DNA of 64,000 bases from Octopus vulgaris (Eukaryota), in contig OX597830.1 of the NCBI GenBank assembly GCA_951406725.2, forward strand, positions 16,988,001-17,052,000, in the 5' to 3' direction. Position 1 is the first letter of the stretch; every line of letters starts with the position of its first letter. This document shows, in pieces, positions 48,485 through 62,208 of this stretch. Both the position numbers and the translations under genes were made by a program. The notes beneath the pieces were generated by a model, which saw only the letters and a program-made list of their open reading frames with translations, did not search any database and was not told the origin of the DNA.

Positions 48485-50889
48485 CTGCAGAAGAAAAAAA
48501 AACAGCTTTAAGTTAGCAAAAAAGGGTATGTGAAGCATCTACCATTCATTAAAACTCGACAGCAATAAGAAAATTCTCTACAAAAATTTACAAAATGTTT
48601 TGTTGTTGATACCCCATTTCAGTCATCAACAATGAAGTTGTGGCTGCAATCACATATCACATTTAAGGAGGAATGTACACTGATATAATATCTCTAAGGA
48701 TAATCAATGCTGTTGGTATAAAGTCTGACCAATGGCTGATTAAAATATTATATGCAAATTAGAATGGCAGTTAATGATATAGCTTGCTATGTATACAGTG
48801 ATTTAGATTCAAAGTTCAATATGTAGCAATTATTTCAAAACAGAAGATTCCCAATTATATTTCTGATTACTTAAGAGAACACTAGGATGTTTTCACACAA
48901 TCTCAATCACTACAGCTAATGGTCTCAAATAAATAGCTGTACAGTTATCAACATTATACAGGTCTGATGCATTCTGAATAATGCTGCGTTCTACATAAGT
49001 ATACTAGCAACAGTATTCAGCCTTGCTTGGGTTTGTAAAGGGAACTGGTTGCTTCTTTACACTTTTGGGGTGCAACTTGGGTGCAACACAATTTCCTTTC
49101 TTTTTGTTTCTAGAAACTACCAGTCAGGAACGAAACGCAAGTTTAAAAATATATACAATTCTTTATTCTCTGTTTCGACAATGAAACACGATGGTATACT
49201 GGTATCCACCTAGTTCAACACAGCAGCAATAGAACAGGTTAAATCCTAAGCGTCTGGGACAGGAGAATAGGCTGATCACACGTTTAAAATACGTGCTTTC
49301 TCTTCTATCGCCGTGTCTCAAGTCCCTGACGCTATTAAGGAACGCGATAGAATTTCTTCTTTAGTCTCTAGCGCATGTGCATGGGGGAACTTCCTTATGC
49401 CTTTCCAGAAGGTTCCAGAAGGTTCCAACCCCGCACACGTACACTGAAGAATGACGCTGCGTGTGCGCTCACTGGAATATGACGTCACTACAGGTTTATA
49501 GAAATTATCAGAAAACACCACATGGCCTTTGACCATCTTAAATAGATATTCCCCCATAAAGTTTGAGCTCCTGAAGTGAAACAATGTGGCTGACACAACT
49601 TGTAATGCACATGCATGTTAAAATTTCTGGTTAGTAAATGATTAGAAAATGTGAAGAAACAGTGAGATTTGGAAAGTTAAATGAGAAAAGAAAAGGTCCA
49701 TTTTCATCCCTACAACAATTTGTTTGTTGTTTTTGTTACACAAGATACATTAACGAACCCAGCTGTACTTGATCAAAAATGTTATTCTTCCCATCAGACT
49801 CAGGTAACTAGAACAGGAAGCAAAAAAGTTCGCTTCCCAACCACATGATTCTGGGTTCAGTCCCACTGCATAACACCTTAGGCAAGTGTCTTTCTGCTAT
49901 AGCTTTGGGCCAACCGAAGCTTTGTGGGTGGATCATAGTAGGCAGAAACTGAGAGAAGCCTAAACAGAGTATAGAAGACCAAAGACTTCGGACAAAACAA
50001 TTAGGTCAGACTCAAGGATACTTTGGGGACTCGTGGAGAGATGTACTGTTATGATTTCATCCATCCTTTATGTTCATAGGACATCGTTCAGACATTATGA
50101 AGAGATGATGGGGATAACAATGATATTGGAGATGGTAGCTGTATTTAAGTTTATTTTCACTACATCATTATTCCAAATAATTAATAAAAAAAAATTGTGA
50201 AACAGAAGCATCAAAAGAGGCTGCAGTCCATGGTAAACCAAAGCCTTGGTGAGTGGATTTGGTAGATGGAGACTGTGTGTGTGAGTGTGTCTTTCTCTCT
50301 CTCCCTCTATCTCTTTATTTTGACATCACAGAATCACCATCCAACGCTGTCCCCCATTTCTAGTTTTCTGTGAAAATTTATCTAGCCATGGGGAAGTATT
50401 ACCTTGCTTGGAAACAAAAAGTGCATCCAGCCATAGAAAAAAATCTGCCTCAGTTTGGTCCATGCAAGCATGGAAAAGTGAACATTAAAGCAAGGACGAC
50501 CATGACGATGATGACGATGACATCACTTAGGTATATTTCACAAATACTTATCTTATCATACATGTAATAACAGTTGCTGAGAAAAGCTTTCAGATTATAA
50601 AACTGAGAAAATATGATGAATGCAAAAGCCTCTTGAGATCAAAACTGTTTCTTAAAGACTACAAAAGATTATACTTACAGACACAGTTGATTGTGAGAAA
50701 ACTGACAGCCTTCCAGATGTTATTTATTAGTACAAACACAAAGGGAGACGACTTATTTTATTGAAGACATAATAATACAGTGTAATATAGTAATTTACTA
50801 TTGTTGTGCTTATGGTGGTAACATACAAATATCTACTTTTATAGATGACAGAGAAAAAGGACAGAGGACAGAAATATATAAATACTCAC

Positions 50890-51020
50890 TTGGACTTGCT
50901 GATGGAGCGTTTTAAGTCTTTCTGAAGCTGCTGAACACATTCCTCAGCTTCTTTGAAGATTTTTGTAGTTCTTTCATGATACTGTTCACTTTCAATTCTT
51001 TCTTTCTCAGCTTCGTTCAC
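50890..51020 (-). CDS. SH3BP5L: SH3BP5L exon VNEAEKERIESEQYH...LKRSISKS
   Basis: 131 nt, phase 0/2, cAG acceptor and GTGAGT donor; coiled-coil matching VNEAEEERL...LRRAIGKS. Confidence 0.95.
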
Positions 51021-51469
51021 CTGAGATCAAATAAAAAATATTGTGATTTAAGAGCAAGCAGCAGAAAATAAGATCAATGACGTGGAACCGTTGGTCTCAA
51101 CAATGACAAATCAGGTGTTTGACCAAACAAACTACCTGCTCGTTGAATTACTATATAGGTGGCTGAGTATTCCACGGGCATACGTTCCATTAGCAATCCT
51201 CAGATAGAATCAATGTGACACAGTATGTGACAAGGCTACACCATTGAATTACAGGTATAATCTGACGAACTTCTACATAGTTTCCATTAACTGAATTTCA
51301 CTTACAAGATTTGGCTGAGCTGAGGCTACAATAAATGGCACTTGCCCAAGATGCCATGCAGTGAGATTGAACCTCTGAGACCCCCTGATTGGGAAGCAAA
51401 CTTCTTAATCCTTTAACCCTGTTGCATTCACTGACACAATATAAAATTTGGCCACATTGGCAAGATCTT

Positions 51470-51846
51470 TTATTTGTTTTGATCATTAGTCTGTGGCCAT
51501 GCTGGGGCACCACTTTGAAGAATTTTTAGTTGAATGAATCAACCTCCTGTACATTTTTTTTAAAGCCTGGTACTTATTCTATTGGTCGATTTTGCTGAGC
51601 CACTAAATTACAGGGACGTAAACAAACCTACACCAGTTGTCAAGTGTGGTGGGGGAGACAAAAAACACACATACACAGACATATGACAGACTTCTTTCAG
51701 TTTCTGTCAACCAAATCCACTCACAAGGCTTTGGTTGGTCTGAACCAATAATGGGAGACACTTGCCCAAGGTGCCACACGGTAGGACTGAATCTGAAACC
51801 ATGAGGTTCGGAACAAGCTTCTTACCACACAGCCACGCCTGTGCCT
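51470..51846 (-). mobile_element. Diverged SINE copy, same family
   Basis: Matches 11832-12199. Confidence 0.8.
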
Positions 51847-53076
51847 ATGAAAATCAGTTAAAATAGTCTGATTCTTAACAATTCTGAAGAATATGCCAGT
51901 GGTACTATTACCCCTATTCCATTTCATGTCAAAGTCAATTTGTCATCATCTGGATTAAACAATATAGAAGTAAAAAATGGCCATGTGTTTCTCATTAATA
52001 CCTATTATTCTGTGATTTCTACTTCTTTGCCTCTAAAATCAATTATTTCAACCATTAGTCTGACACATATTGAACTTTAATCTATTGATTTCTTCAGTTC
52101 AACTCCAGCTTTTTGTGTTTGTTATTTTTTAAAACAGAGTTTGACTTATTTATTACATTTAAATTATCTGAGGACACTAAATTATCTGAATTTCTTTCAC
52201 AAAACACTGAATCTACAACTAGAGCAAAGAACAACACAAATGTTGGAATATAGGAAGATATCTTTAGAATGATGTGTGACTAATTAAGAAGCGCTTTTGC
52301 AATAATACTGGCAATAAATTTAATCATTCATTTTAAAAATTGATTTCACAAGAGAATTTGAACCAGTATTTCAAAAGCTTGATTAACGTTGTGATGAATA
52401 AAATTGAACTTTAAACATTTTTTTTACTCAAACAAGTTAACCTAAACATCATCATCATCATCATCATCGTCGTTTAACGTCTGTTTTCCATGCTAGCACG
52501 GGTTGGACGGTTCGACCGGGGTCTGGGAAGCCAGGAGGCTGCACCAGGCTCCAGTCTGATCTGGCAGTGTCTCTACAGCTGGATGCCCTTCCTAACGCCA
52601 ACCACTCCGTCCGTGAGTGTAGTGGGGTGCTTTTTATGTGCCAGGGGGGGCTGGCAATGGCCACGATTGGATGGTGGTTTTTACGTGTCACCGACACGGA
52701 AGCCACGTACGGATGGTGCTTTTATCTGCCACCGGCACAGGTGCTAGGGGAGGCTGGCAATGGCCACAAACGGTTGGTGCTTTATTGACACTGATAAGAT
52801 GGAAGACGTTCCTTATGGTTATGATCTAAAATTCTAACACAGTCAGGATTTCATCTCAAATCCATGAGGAATTTAACAAACGATTACAAAGCCTTTAGCC
52901 CAAAACTGAACTACTTACACTACTATTTTATAAAGCTTTAAAATGCTGTAAACAACAAATTTATAGACATATCAAACTTATCTTTACAATCTAGGATTCA
53001 CAAATGGACCCTAAAATATGGTGTTTGAACAAAATCAACTGAATAAAAGAAATGTTAGAAATAAATCTCTCATCAC

Positions 53077-53238
53077 CTTCATGGTTGCATGATTAAGCAT
53101 TTCCTGCCATGCCGGATCAGAAGGTTGGTCTCGTTTCATATAGCCTTGTTCTGCGAGATGCACCATCTCTTTGGCAGCTTCGTGCATGCTGCATGCTCTT
53201 TCGTAACGAACAGCAGCTTTTTGAGTCTCAATATGAGC
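53077..53238 (-). CDS. SH3BP5L: SH3BP5L exon AHIETQKAAVRYERACSMHEAAKEMV...DPAWQEMLNHATMK
   Basis: 162 nt, phase 0/0, tAG acceptor and GTGATG donor; carries the family signature WQEMLNHAT; absent from the ORF track. Confidence 0.95.
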
Positions 53239-53568
53239 CTATAAAATGGAACACAATTCAGTTTTTAGATCACTAAAATATAAAATACAATAACAATAGA
53301 TAAATAAAAGGCTGTCAATTAAGAATAAATAAAACAAAGCAATTTGCAAATGTTACTGACTTCCAACTGATTTATTATTATTTTTTATGTAAAATTATGA
53401 CTAATGACTGACAAGGTTACATTTTCACAAAGTTGCAAGGGAGATAGATAAAGTACACTTGCTTATTGTACAACAGCCTCAGTTATTCAAGTTTCATAAA
53501 CTTTGCAGAGTTTTGAGCTAATGAGGAAAGTTATATTATAGCAAGGAAGGGGGTCAGTTTAGTGTTTA

Positions 53569-53946
53569 TCTCTCTATATATAAACGGCAAAATGTCTGCA
53601 TGTGTGTGTGTGTGTGCGTGCATGTCCTTTATACAAATCCACAGTTTTTCAGTGAGAGGGCTCGCACTTTCTATGGTCATTTAAAACCATCCAAGGGTGG
53701 TCGTGCACATCTTTACATTTCCTCAGTCACCCCGCAAAGCAATTAAAAAATCAATAGAAGTGACTTTTTTGTGAATTTTCTATCCAAAACCCAATCAAAA
53801 TGCCCGAAACTTAATACGCCAATTGAATGCCAGCTAGCTGTATGTGATTGGTCGGAGATTTGGACAGTACTCGCGTGTATGTGCGCACGCAGCTGTATAT
53901 GCATGCACTAGCACTATGACACAGCATTGCCGGGTCATAGTGCTAG
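53569..53946 (+). mobile_element. Non-autonomous Helitron
   Basis: Highly similar to 34081-34449; A|TC...CTAG|T. Confidence 0.88.
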
Positions 53947-55416
53947 TATCAGATAAAATAGTGTACTTGGAGTAAAGGGTGCTATTTTATGCAGCTTAAA
54001 ATTTTTTGTATTTTGTGGTAGAGAAACTGGAGTCACAGGCTACGAAAAAAAAAATACAGATATCTGGGAATATCAAAATGTTGAATTTTAAATGTAAATT
54101 CAAGAAAATTGGGAAGTGTTTCATTTTTGGCTTGGTTTTTACTGCTTGATGCTCTTCCTAAAGCCAACCACTTCACAGAATGTATGAGGTGGGTTTTACA
54201 TGGCACCATATACTTTAATATAATATTCATATACACTTTTCCATACATCACAATGCTTTAGCATTATGATATATGGAAAAAAAGGATTTTAGTCAGATTT
54301 ACTATAATTGCTGTATAAGGAAATACATTGAAAATATATACAAATCCTAAACAAAAACAAAAAGTAATTCTAAAAGTGATGTTAGAATTTTACTGGTGCA
54401 GCTTGTAAAAGTTCACCTGCAATAAGGTGAACATTATGAAAATCTCACATTTTTTTCTAGAAAATCAATTTGTTTTGATACTGATAGTATAATTAAATAA
54501 GTTTAAACTCAATTTTAAAATTCAGTGTGTACTGTAATACACACATGGTTGTCAAAAGTATTTATCATTTAAGCATGATTTTTTTTTTTGTGAAAACTCT
54601 GTAATTTTTACTTCTAGATCATTTCAATGTGTTAATAAAATATGAACAACCTTGATTAAATGTTCATTATATTTCATAAGTATACCCATGCATGAATGTG
54701 TGTGTGTGTATATATATATATATGTGTGTGTATGTGTGTGTATGTATATGTATATATGTGTGTGTGTGTGTGTGTGTGTATATGTATATATATATATATA
54801 TACAATGGGCTTCTTTCCATTTCCATCTACCAAATCCACTTGCAAGACTTTGGTCAGCTTGCAGTGGGACTGAACCCAAAAGCTTGTAGCTTGAAGGCTA
54901 ACTTCTTAACTACACGGCCATGGCTGCATCTATGTCTGCAACCAAAATTGGTGCAAGCCTGATTGAGTGTTTAATATATTAACTTTGCAATCATATAATT
55001 CTTGATGCAATTCCACTGGTGGAATTGTATCAAGTGTCTCCTGCCTTAGTTTTCAGTTGTTCCAAGCTCCATGAGTGAAAGTGAGTAGACTGGATACCTT
55101 TAACAGAGACCAGTCTATTGCTAGCATTTGGATCAGGTCTCCAGCCTGAGAAAAACCTAAGAATTGTGGATACTTACCCCATTTCTCACCAGCCTTTGAG
55201 GCCTTGCAAAATGGTCAAAGGCACTGCCATTCCTCCTCTGACTAAGCTATTAACATAAATATAAAGGAATCCAAAGCTGATAGATCACTCCTGCCACTAT
55301 TTTCTATAGTGTGTGTATGTGCGCATAAGTGCATGTCTGCATATGTGTGTATCTATGTACATGCAAGTGTGTATGTGTGTGCATGCATCAAAAATCATTA
55401 ATGCAATTAAACTTAC

Positions 55417-55545
55417 CTCTTTTGCCCTCATCCTTGCATCATAATATGGTCGAGCTTTATCAATGCATGCACCCAGCTTTTTAGACATTGCATTAAGTTT
55501 CTGTGTCGACTCAGAGAGTTCTTGTCGGAATGCTGCCCGAGCATC
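55417..55545 (-). CDS. SH3BP5L: SH3 domain-binding protein 5-like (Rab11 GEF), internal exon DARAAFRQELSES...RPYYDARMRAKE
   Basis: 129 nt, phase 0/0, ccAG acceptor and GTAAGT donor; LGACIDKARPYY matches SH3BP5L LGSCIEKARPYY; no upstream exon found in the window. Confidence 0.93.
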
Positions 55546-57224
55546 CTGGAATTTAAGAAGAGAAAAATTCATTCTTTAAAGTTGGTTGATAAATTAAAAG
55601 AAAAAGGAAAGCCAAGAGACATTGAACGGTATTAAAAAGTAGAAGACACTTGCCCAAGGTGCCATGCAGTAGGACTGAACCCGGAACCATGTAGTTCGTA
55701 AGCAGGCTACTTACCACACAGCAACTCCTACGCCTATTTCTACAAATTTATAATATGTAGGAGTACATGTTTGATCTCATGTGGCAAAACAGAAAATAAA
55801 TATTTTGAAGACTATGTAGAGACAATTCTCTCTCTCTCTCTTATATACATAACGATTAACATGAATGACATTCAAGTACATATCTACTACAACTTTTACT
55901 AAAGAACTTCTATTAAACACTAAACTGGGAAAATGTTCAAGGTGACAACTGTCTTGGACTTATTGTATGTGAATCTTCCTCTAACCAAACTACATTTTGC
56001 TGATACCAACACAGACAACCAATGCTGGTGTGTTTATGTCCCTGTAACTTAGTGGTTCAGCAAAAGTGACCGACAGAATAAGTACTTGTCTTACAAAGAA
56101 TAAAGTCCTGGGGTTGATTTGCTCGACTAAAAGGTGGTGCTCCAGCATGGCCACAGTCAAATAACTGAAACAAGTAAAAGAACCATTTGAGGCTGTTCAG
56201 TCTCTCACAGTTTATTAGGCTGTGGTAATGTTGGACATAGCTCATTCAAAATGTCCATAGTGTAGGTTTTGTAAAGGTGCGTGGTTTAGTGGTTAGGGCA
56301 TTCGGCTCACAATCATAAGGTCATGAGTTCAATTCCCAACGGCACAATGTGTCCTTGAGCAAGACACTTTATTTCATATTGCTCCAGTCCATGCAGCTGG
56401 CAAAAATGAGTTGTATGTGTAGTTCAGTGGGGCAACCTTGTTGTGTTTTTTGTGTCCCGCTGAATCTTCTATTAAGGGTATGTGTGTCTGTGGAGTATTC
56501 AGTCACTTGCAAGTTAATTTTATGAGCAGGCTGTTCTGCTGATTGAATCAACTGGAACACCCGATGTCATAACTAACAGTGTTCAGCCAGTACAATTCGA
56601 AAATAGTTTTAAAAGTAAAGTGAAAAAATCATGTTGGTTCTCACAAAGAATTTTCTTCTGAGTTCCCTCAAAGCTTGATCTTTTCTATGAGTCTGCCTAC
56701 CACCGTAATTGTGTACGCATTAAACAGCTAAATCAATCAAAGGAGTGAATATTTCACTCTCACTTCAAACATTCCATCACTTTCTTAAATTTTGACAACT
56801 ACTGGTCACCACAAGAAGCAACAGGATTGTTTGAATCAATCCCTTGTCAAAACAAAAGGATAAAAACCCAAGGTGATAATGGCAAGCTTTGATTTTAGCA
56901 ATAACTGTTTACTCATGAGAAAAAGTATATAATACAGGATACACATAAGAATATTATAATTAATATAAGTATATACAATAATTAATATAAGTACATACTT
57001 AAGTAAATAGAACACAACTATACATAAGAGATGGTATGTAATATTTCATTGTTATTTCTGCTGGCTCAAATTACACATCTTAACATAGTTTACAAAAGTT
57101 CTTGCTTTTATTGATCCCCACCAACTCAATTTAATAAACTTCTTTCTGTGTTGTTTTGAACTACTCCAACCTTTCACAAGCATATTTACAGGCTTATTCG
57201 TCTAATTTCCAAAAATCTCCAAGG

Positions 57225-57225
<1 letters not shown>

Positions 57226-57277
<52 letters not shown>

Positions 57278-57282
57278 CTTGG

Positions 57283-57315
<33 letters not shown>

Positions 57316-57318
57316 CTT

Positions 57319-57354
<36 letters not shown>

Positions 57355-57359
57355 AACTT

Positions 57360-57396
<37 letters not shown>

Positions 57397-57399
57397 CTT

Positions 57400-57438
<39 letters not shown>

Positions 57439-57441
57439 CTT

Positions 57442-57495
<54 letters not shown>

Positions 57496-57500
57496 TTGGA
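57226..57500. repeat. Minisatellite of (TA)n blocks separated by AATAAACTTGGA
   Basis: Five intact copies of the constant unit plus a degenerate CACACTTGGA; ~40 bp period. Confidence 0.95.
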
Positions 57501-57878
57501 GATAGATAGACAGACAAACAGATAGACAGATATGACTCTTAATCCAAAGACTAGGAAGACAAGTCATGCAATAGAGAACTCAATAATATATTTTCCAACG
57601 TATAGAAAATAAACATTTTATCTTTCATAGACCCATCCGTAGATATCAACAATTCAAGTCTAATGACTTTCGTCAGGCACCAATATGGGAAGTAGTGAGA
57701 TAAAATCATTCTCACACACAATCAGAAGATAAACACAAAAAGAAATATGAAAAAAAAAAAAATCAATAACCACTGAAAATGAAAACACTAAAAATCAATT
57801 TAAACCAGAAATTTCAACCAAAATGCTATGCTCAATAATCAACTCAACCAATATTAAAACCCACTGCTACCTCTAGAT

Positions 57879-58425
57879 CAGTGCTTCTCAAACTATCTGA
57901 TGTGGCGTACTGGCAGTTTTTTTTTTCCAATGTGTCAGGGGCCAGTAATATTTCTTAATAATATTAATTTATACCATAAACAATATATATAATTACAGAG
58001 ATGTACTTGCATAGCGAAGTGACTTGATCTGAGATCGTGTGCCGGAACGAAAACAATTGCAGCGTGGAAGGTGTTTATAAGCCATTTAAGAAACACACAA
58101 AAACCGTTAGATTCACTTCAACATTTAAATTTAATTTGTCAAAATATTTTCGTCGCTTTGACAAATATTTTGACAAATTAAATTTAAATGTTGAAGTGAA
58201 TCTAATGGTTTTGTGTGTTTCTTAAATGGCTTATAAACACCTTCCACGCTGCAATTGTTAATATATATAATGAATATAATAAAAGTTGACAATTTTTTTT
58301 ATCTTATATTTATTTTGTAAACAAATAATACAATATTACATAAGCATTTTATAATGTTTCTTTTCTGGAAACTTGCTGCACACCAACAGCTGATGGCCCA
58401 TGGACCACCACTGTGGGTAGCACAG
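57879..58425. mobile_element. hAT MITE with a nested fold-back element
   Basis: cagtgcttctca...tgggtagcacag; TSD CTCTAGAT/CTCTAGAC. Confidence 0.75.
58052..58259. repeat. Near-perfect long inverted repeat
   Basis: Arms 58052-58149 / 58163-58259, one substitution and one indel, 13-nt loop. Confidence 0.95.
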
Positions 58426-58526
58426 CTCTAGACTGCTTTTTCTTTGTTTTTTAGAATTGTAGGTTTTCCATTTTCACTTGTTATTTTTGTTTTCTTTTTC
58501 CTGTATTTATTTTCAGTTAGGATCAT

Positions 58527-58559
<33 letters not shown>

Positions 58560-59970
58560 TATCATAACGCCCTCATTATTTTTACATATACTTTTTCCAT
58601 GCTGGCATGGGTTGGTATTCTACAGCTGGATGTCATTCAACCCTTACCTGTTTTTCAAATCAGGAATTTATATACCAGTGGTCATCCTACATCAAAAGCA
58701 CCAAACTACAGCACATATTATTCACGGGAGATTTAATCATAGTATCACCAATCACCTTGATATGTGCCATGTGAAGACACATGGACATTAAACACACACA
58801 TTACACACTGTTTCATTTTTCTGTCAATGTCTCCTTTACCATGCCTACATGGAGTGGTGGGGTGGAGTAGATATGACTTCACCAAGGCAGAATTTTCTCT
58901 GGCCAGACACCCTTCCTGATATCAACCTGCACCTGTTTTGAAACGAGGTAACAGTTTTCCTGTTAATCAAACAGTAAACAATCCAGGCATGCTTTCATGG
59001 AGGACTGCAAACAAAGACACTTTGGCTGAACAACGATGCTTTTGTTCACTATCAGTGTGCACAAGTCAAAACCTGTTAAGATGATCAGGTATGCTTCCAT
59101 GCTGGACTGCAAACAAACACGGTTTCTGTGAGTAGAGAGGATTGTTTAACAAACAGTATACACACGCCTCCCCACACACACACACACACATGCCCCCTCC
59201 CCCCCCACATATATATCATCATCCATCACTACTGTTTTAGTGTTCACCTCTTCCGTGCTTGCATGTGTCCGATGGAATTCACTGAGGCAGATTTTCTAGG
59301 ACAAAGATGTTTCCATTGGCAACCCTCACCTGTTTCCAATCAAGGCAATCTTTCCCCATAGCAGAACATTTTCATGTAAGATTGGAAACAAGACACCACT
59401 AGTATGATGGTGACACTCATTTTCAAATATCACAGGATATCAAGACAAGGAGACACACACACACAATGAAAATTTGAAGGAAATGTTCTTTCGTTTAATA
59501 GATCACCATTTTCCTCCAGGGTATAAGTATAAAAAAAATATATTGAATAAGAACTGTGTTAAGATTAGCTATTCAGCTTGCAAAAATTTTAGGTGCTATA
59601 CAAAGATTGAATAGGAGAGAGATGCAAATAGTTACCCAACAAAGATTCATGCAACTTTAGAATTCATGAGAACTGTCCACTCGATGGCAACTGCCTGGCA
59701 AAGTTAATAATATACAGTGCAAAGGCTGAATCAAACAGTAGTGATCAGTGATTAATGACAGAACATAAGGATATGTGTTTGCTTCAAATTTACATTTTCA
59801 TATTTCAAAAAATATTCAGACAGTGGCTATTGAAAAGAAAACCAGGCTTGGTTTACAGCTGATGATCGGAAACAAGCAACTTTAAGTACTGAAAATCAGA
59901 GCTTTTCAGTTATAATATACAAAGAAGTTGAAAAAATGCACTGGGAGTCTTTCACATGGTTTATTTTTAA

Positions 59971-60179
59971 CCCTTTAGTATTTAAACCGGCCATATCCGT
60001 CCAAAATAGTTAATCTGTTTTATGTTCAAACTGACCAGATCCAGGCTCTCACACCTACCCTACAATGTTATTCTACATTAAGTAATTACACCATCAACAT
60101 CTTGAAGATATGAGATAATGCATGATTAATTCAAATCAATAGGCATTATATTTGATTGAATAATCTGAACACTAAAGGG
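59971..60179. mobile_element. piggyBac-like MITE (other copies ~18590-18802 and ~21452-21674)
   Basis: TTAA|CCCTTTAG...CTAAAGGG|TTAA; internal sequence shared among three copies. Confidence 0.8.
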
Positions 60180-60376
60180 TTAAAGGCTAAACTGATTTCA
60201 CAGATTTTTCTGATTTTCAAAAGTTAAGATAGAAAGAGGTGGGACTATACCACACTGTCTTGCTTCTGACAGGAATTTGAAAATTCACTTGTTTTTATGG
60301 AGAGAACATAGCTCAAATTAGTGTCTGTTTAGGATACAATTTGATTGGCAGAGGATGGTCATGTATTTGGCTTTGA

Positions 60377-60606
60377 AATTTTTGTAAGACCTAACCCCAC
60401 TACAATGTTAAGGCTGAATGAATGTATCTAGTGATAGTCACAAAAAAAATCAAAGCTCTCTAAATTTAATATGTCAAGTGGACAAATTAAATTTAGAGAG
60501 CTTTGATTTTTTTTTGTGACTGTCACTAAACACATTCACTCAGCCTTAACTTTCAGAGCAAAAAATATTGTCACATTGTAGTGGAGGTGGGGCTCTTACA
60601 AAAATT
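60377..60606. repeat. Long imperfect inverted repeat
   Basis: Core arms 60408-60475 / 60481-60549, 5-nt loop, extended by outer arms across a ~23-nt bulge. Confidence 0.9.
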
Positions 60607-60984
60607 ATTATTAAGGCTACGGTCTGGCAGAACTGTTAGCATGCTGGGCAAAATGTTTAGCAGTATTTCATCTGTCTTTATGTTCCAAGTTCAAGTTCTG
60701 CCAAGGTCGTCTTTGCCTTTCATTCTTTTGGGATCGATAAATTAAGTACCAGTTGAGTACTGGGGTTGACGCAATCAACTAGCCCCCTCCTCCAAAATGT
60801 CAGGCCTTGTGCCTATTATTATTATTATTATTATTAAGGTGGCGAGCTGGCAGAGTCGTTTTCACGCCAGACAAAATGCTTAGTGCCATTTCATTTGTCA
60901 AATGCTGCCAAGGTCAACTTTGCCTTTTATGCTTTCAGGGGTTGTTAAATAAAGTAAGGCTATGCTTTACTGATACGGTCATAA

Positions 60985-61410
60985 CATCATCATCATCATC
61001 ATCATCGTTTAGCATCCATTTTCCATGCTAGCATGGGTTGGACGGTTCAACTGGGGTCTGTGAAGCCAGAAGGCTTCATCAGGCCCAGTCAGATCTGGCA
61101 GTGTTTCTACGGCTGGATGCCCTTCCTAACGCCAACCACTCTGTGAGTGTAGTGGGTGCTTTTTACGTGCCACCCACACAGGTGCCAGACAGAGCTGGCA
61201 AATGGCCACGAACGGATGGTGCTTTTTATGTGCCACCGGCACGGGGGGCCAAGCGAGGCTGGCAACGGACACGAACGGATGGTGCTTTTTACGTGCCACC
61301 GGCATGAGGCCAGTCGGGGCGGCGCTGGCAACGGTCGCGAATGGATGGTTCTCTTACATGCCACCAGCACTGGTAACACATCTGCAATTTCCATTGATCG
61401 ATTTCGATTC
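60985..61410 (-). mobile_element. RTE 3'-end copy with (GAT)n tail; similar copies at ~20326, 21771, 23566, 28428, 29720, 43352, 52447 (minus) and ~23950, 33780 (plus)
   Basis: Shared catcatcgtttaacgtccgctttccatgctagcatgggttgg...gctggatgcccttcctaacgccaaccac; tandem units also adjoin the RTE ORF at 6380-6889. Confidence 0.8.
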
Positions 61411-61462
61411 TGATCGAACAAGAAACATTATACTGTTCAGAGTGTCACAACATACTCTACAG

Positions 61463-62208
61463 CAGTGGTTCTCAACCTGAGTCCATATGGCTCCCGAGGG
61501 TTCATGTGACAAAATAGTCAATTGGGGAACCAAAATAGTATTTTAAGAAACCCCTGAAAAAAATTTTGCTTCAGATGTATGTATTGCAGGAAACAGCTTG
61601 GTTTCTTTCTTTAACATTTTACATGGGTACAGGACTGGCTGTGTGGTAAGTAGCTTGCTAACCAACCACATGGTTCTGGGTTCAGTCCCACTGCGTGGCA
61701 TCTTGGGCAAGTGTCTTCTACTATAGCCTCAGGCTGACCAAAGCCTTGTGAGTGGATTTGGTAGATGGAAACTGAAAAGAAGCCCATCGTATATATATGT
61801 GTGTATATATATATATATATGTGCGTGTGTGTGTGTATATGTTTGTGTGTCTTTGTTTGTCACCCTCCCAACATCGCTTGACAACCGATGCTGGTGTGTG
61901 TTTACGTCCCCGTATCTTAGTGGTTCGGCAAAAGAGGCCGATAGAATAAGTACTAGGCTTACAAAGAATAAGTCCTGCGGTCGATTTGCTCTACTAAAGG
62001 CAGCGCTCCAGCATGGCCACAGTCAAATGATTTAAACAAGTAAAAGAGTAAAGTTCAACCTATACAAGTTAATGTGTGGAAAAGAAAATAGAATTTTGAA
62101 AGAAGCATCTATAAAACTAGTTTTTAAACATCAAATGGCTATGGGGATCCACCAGAATGAAATAGTAATGAAAGGAGTCCAGGGATAAGAATGGTTGAGA
62201 GGCCCCTG
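61463..62208. mobile_element. hAT MITE with a nested SINE
   Basis: cagtggttctcaacc...ggttgagaggcccctg; perfect TSD CTCTACAG. Confidence 0.85.
61626..62052 (+). mobile_element. tRNA-derived SINE nested in a hAT MITE
   Basis: Matches 30963-31346. Confidence 0.88.

Noticed and set aside
49034-49597. Possible solo LTR (TG...CA, CpG-rich); similar impression at ~3041-3240
   Set aside because: No matching TSD, PBS or second copy in the window; cannot be supported without a repeat search
57226-57500. CRISPR-like regularly interspaced repeats (also 27010-27512)
   Set aside because: Spacers are (TA)n or mutually homologous, the context is eukaryotic, and no cas genes are present
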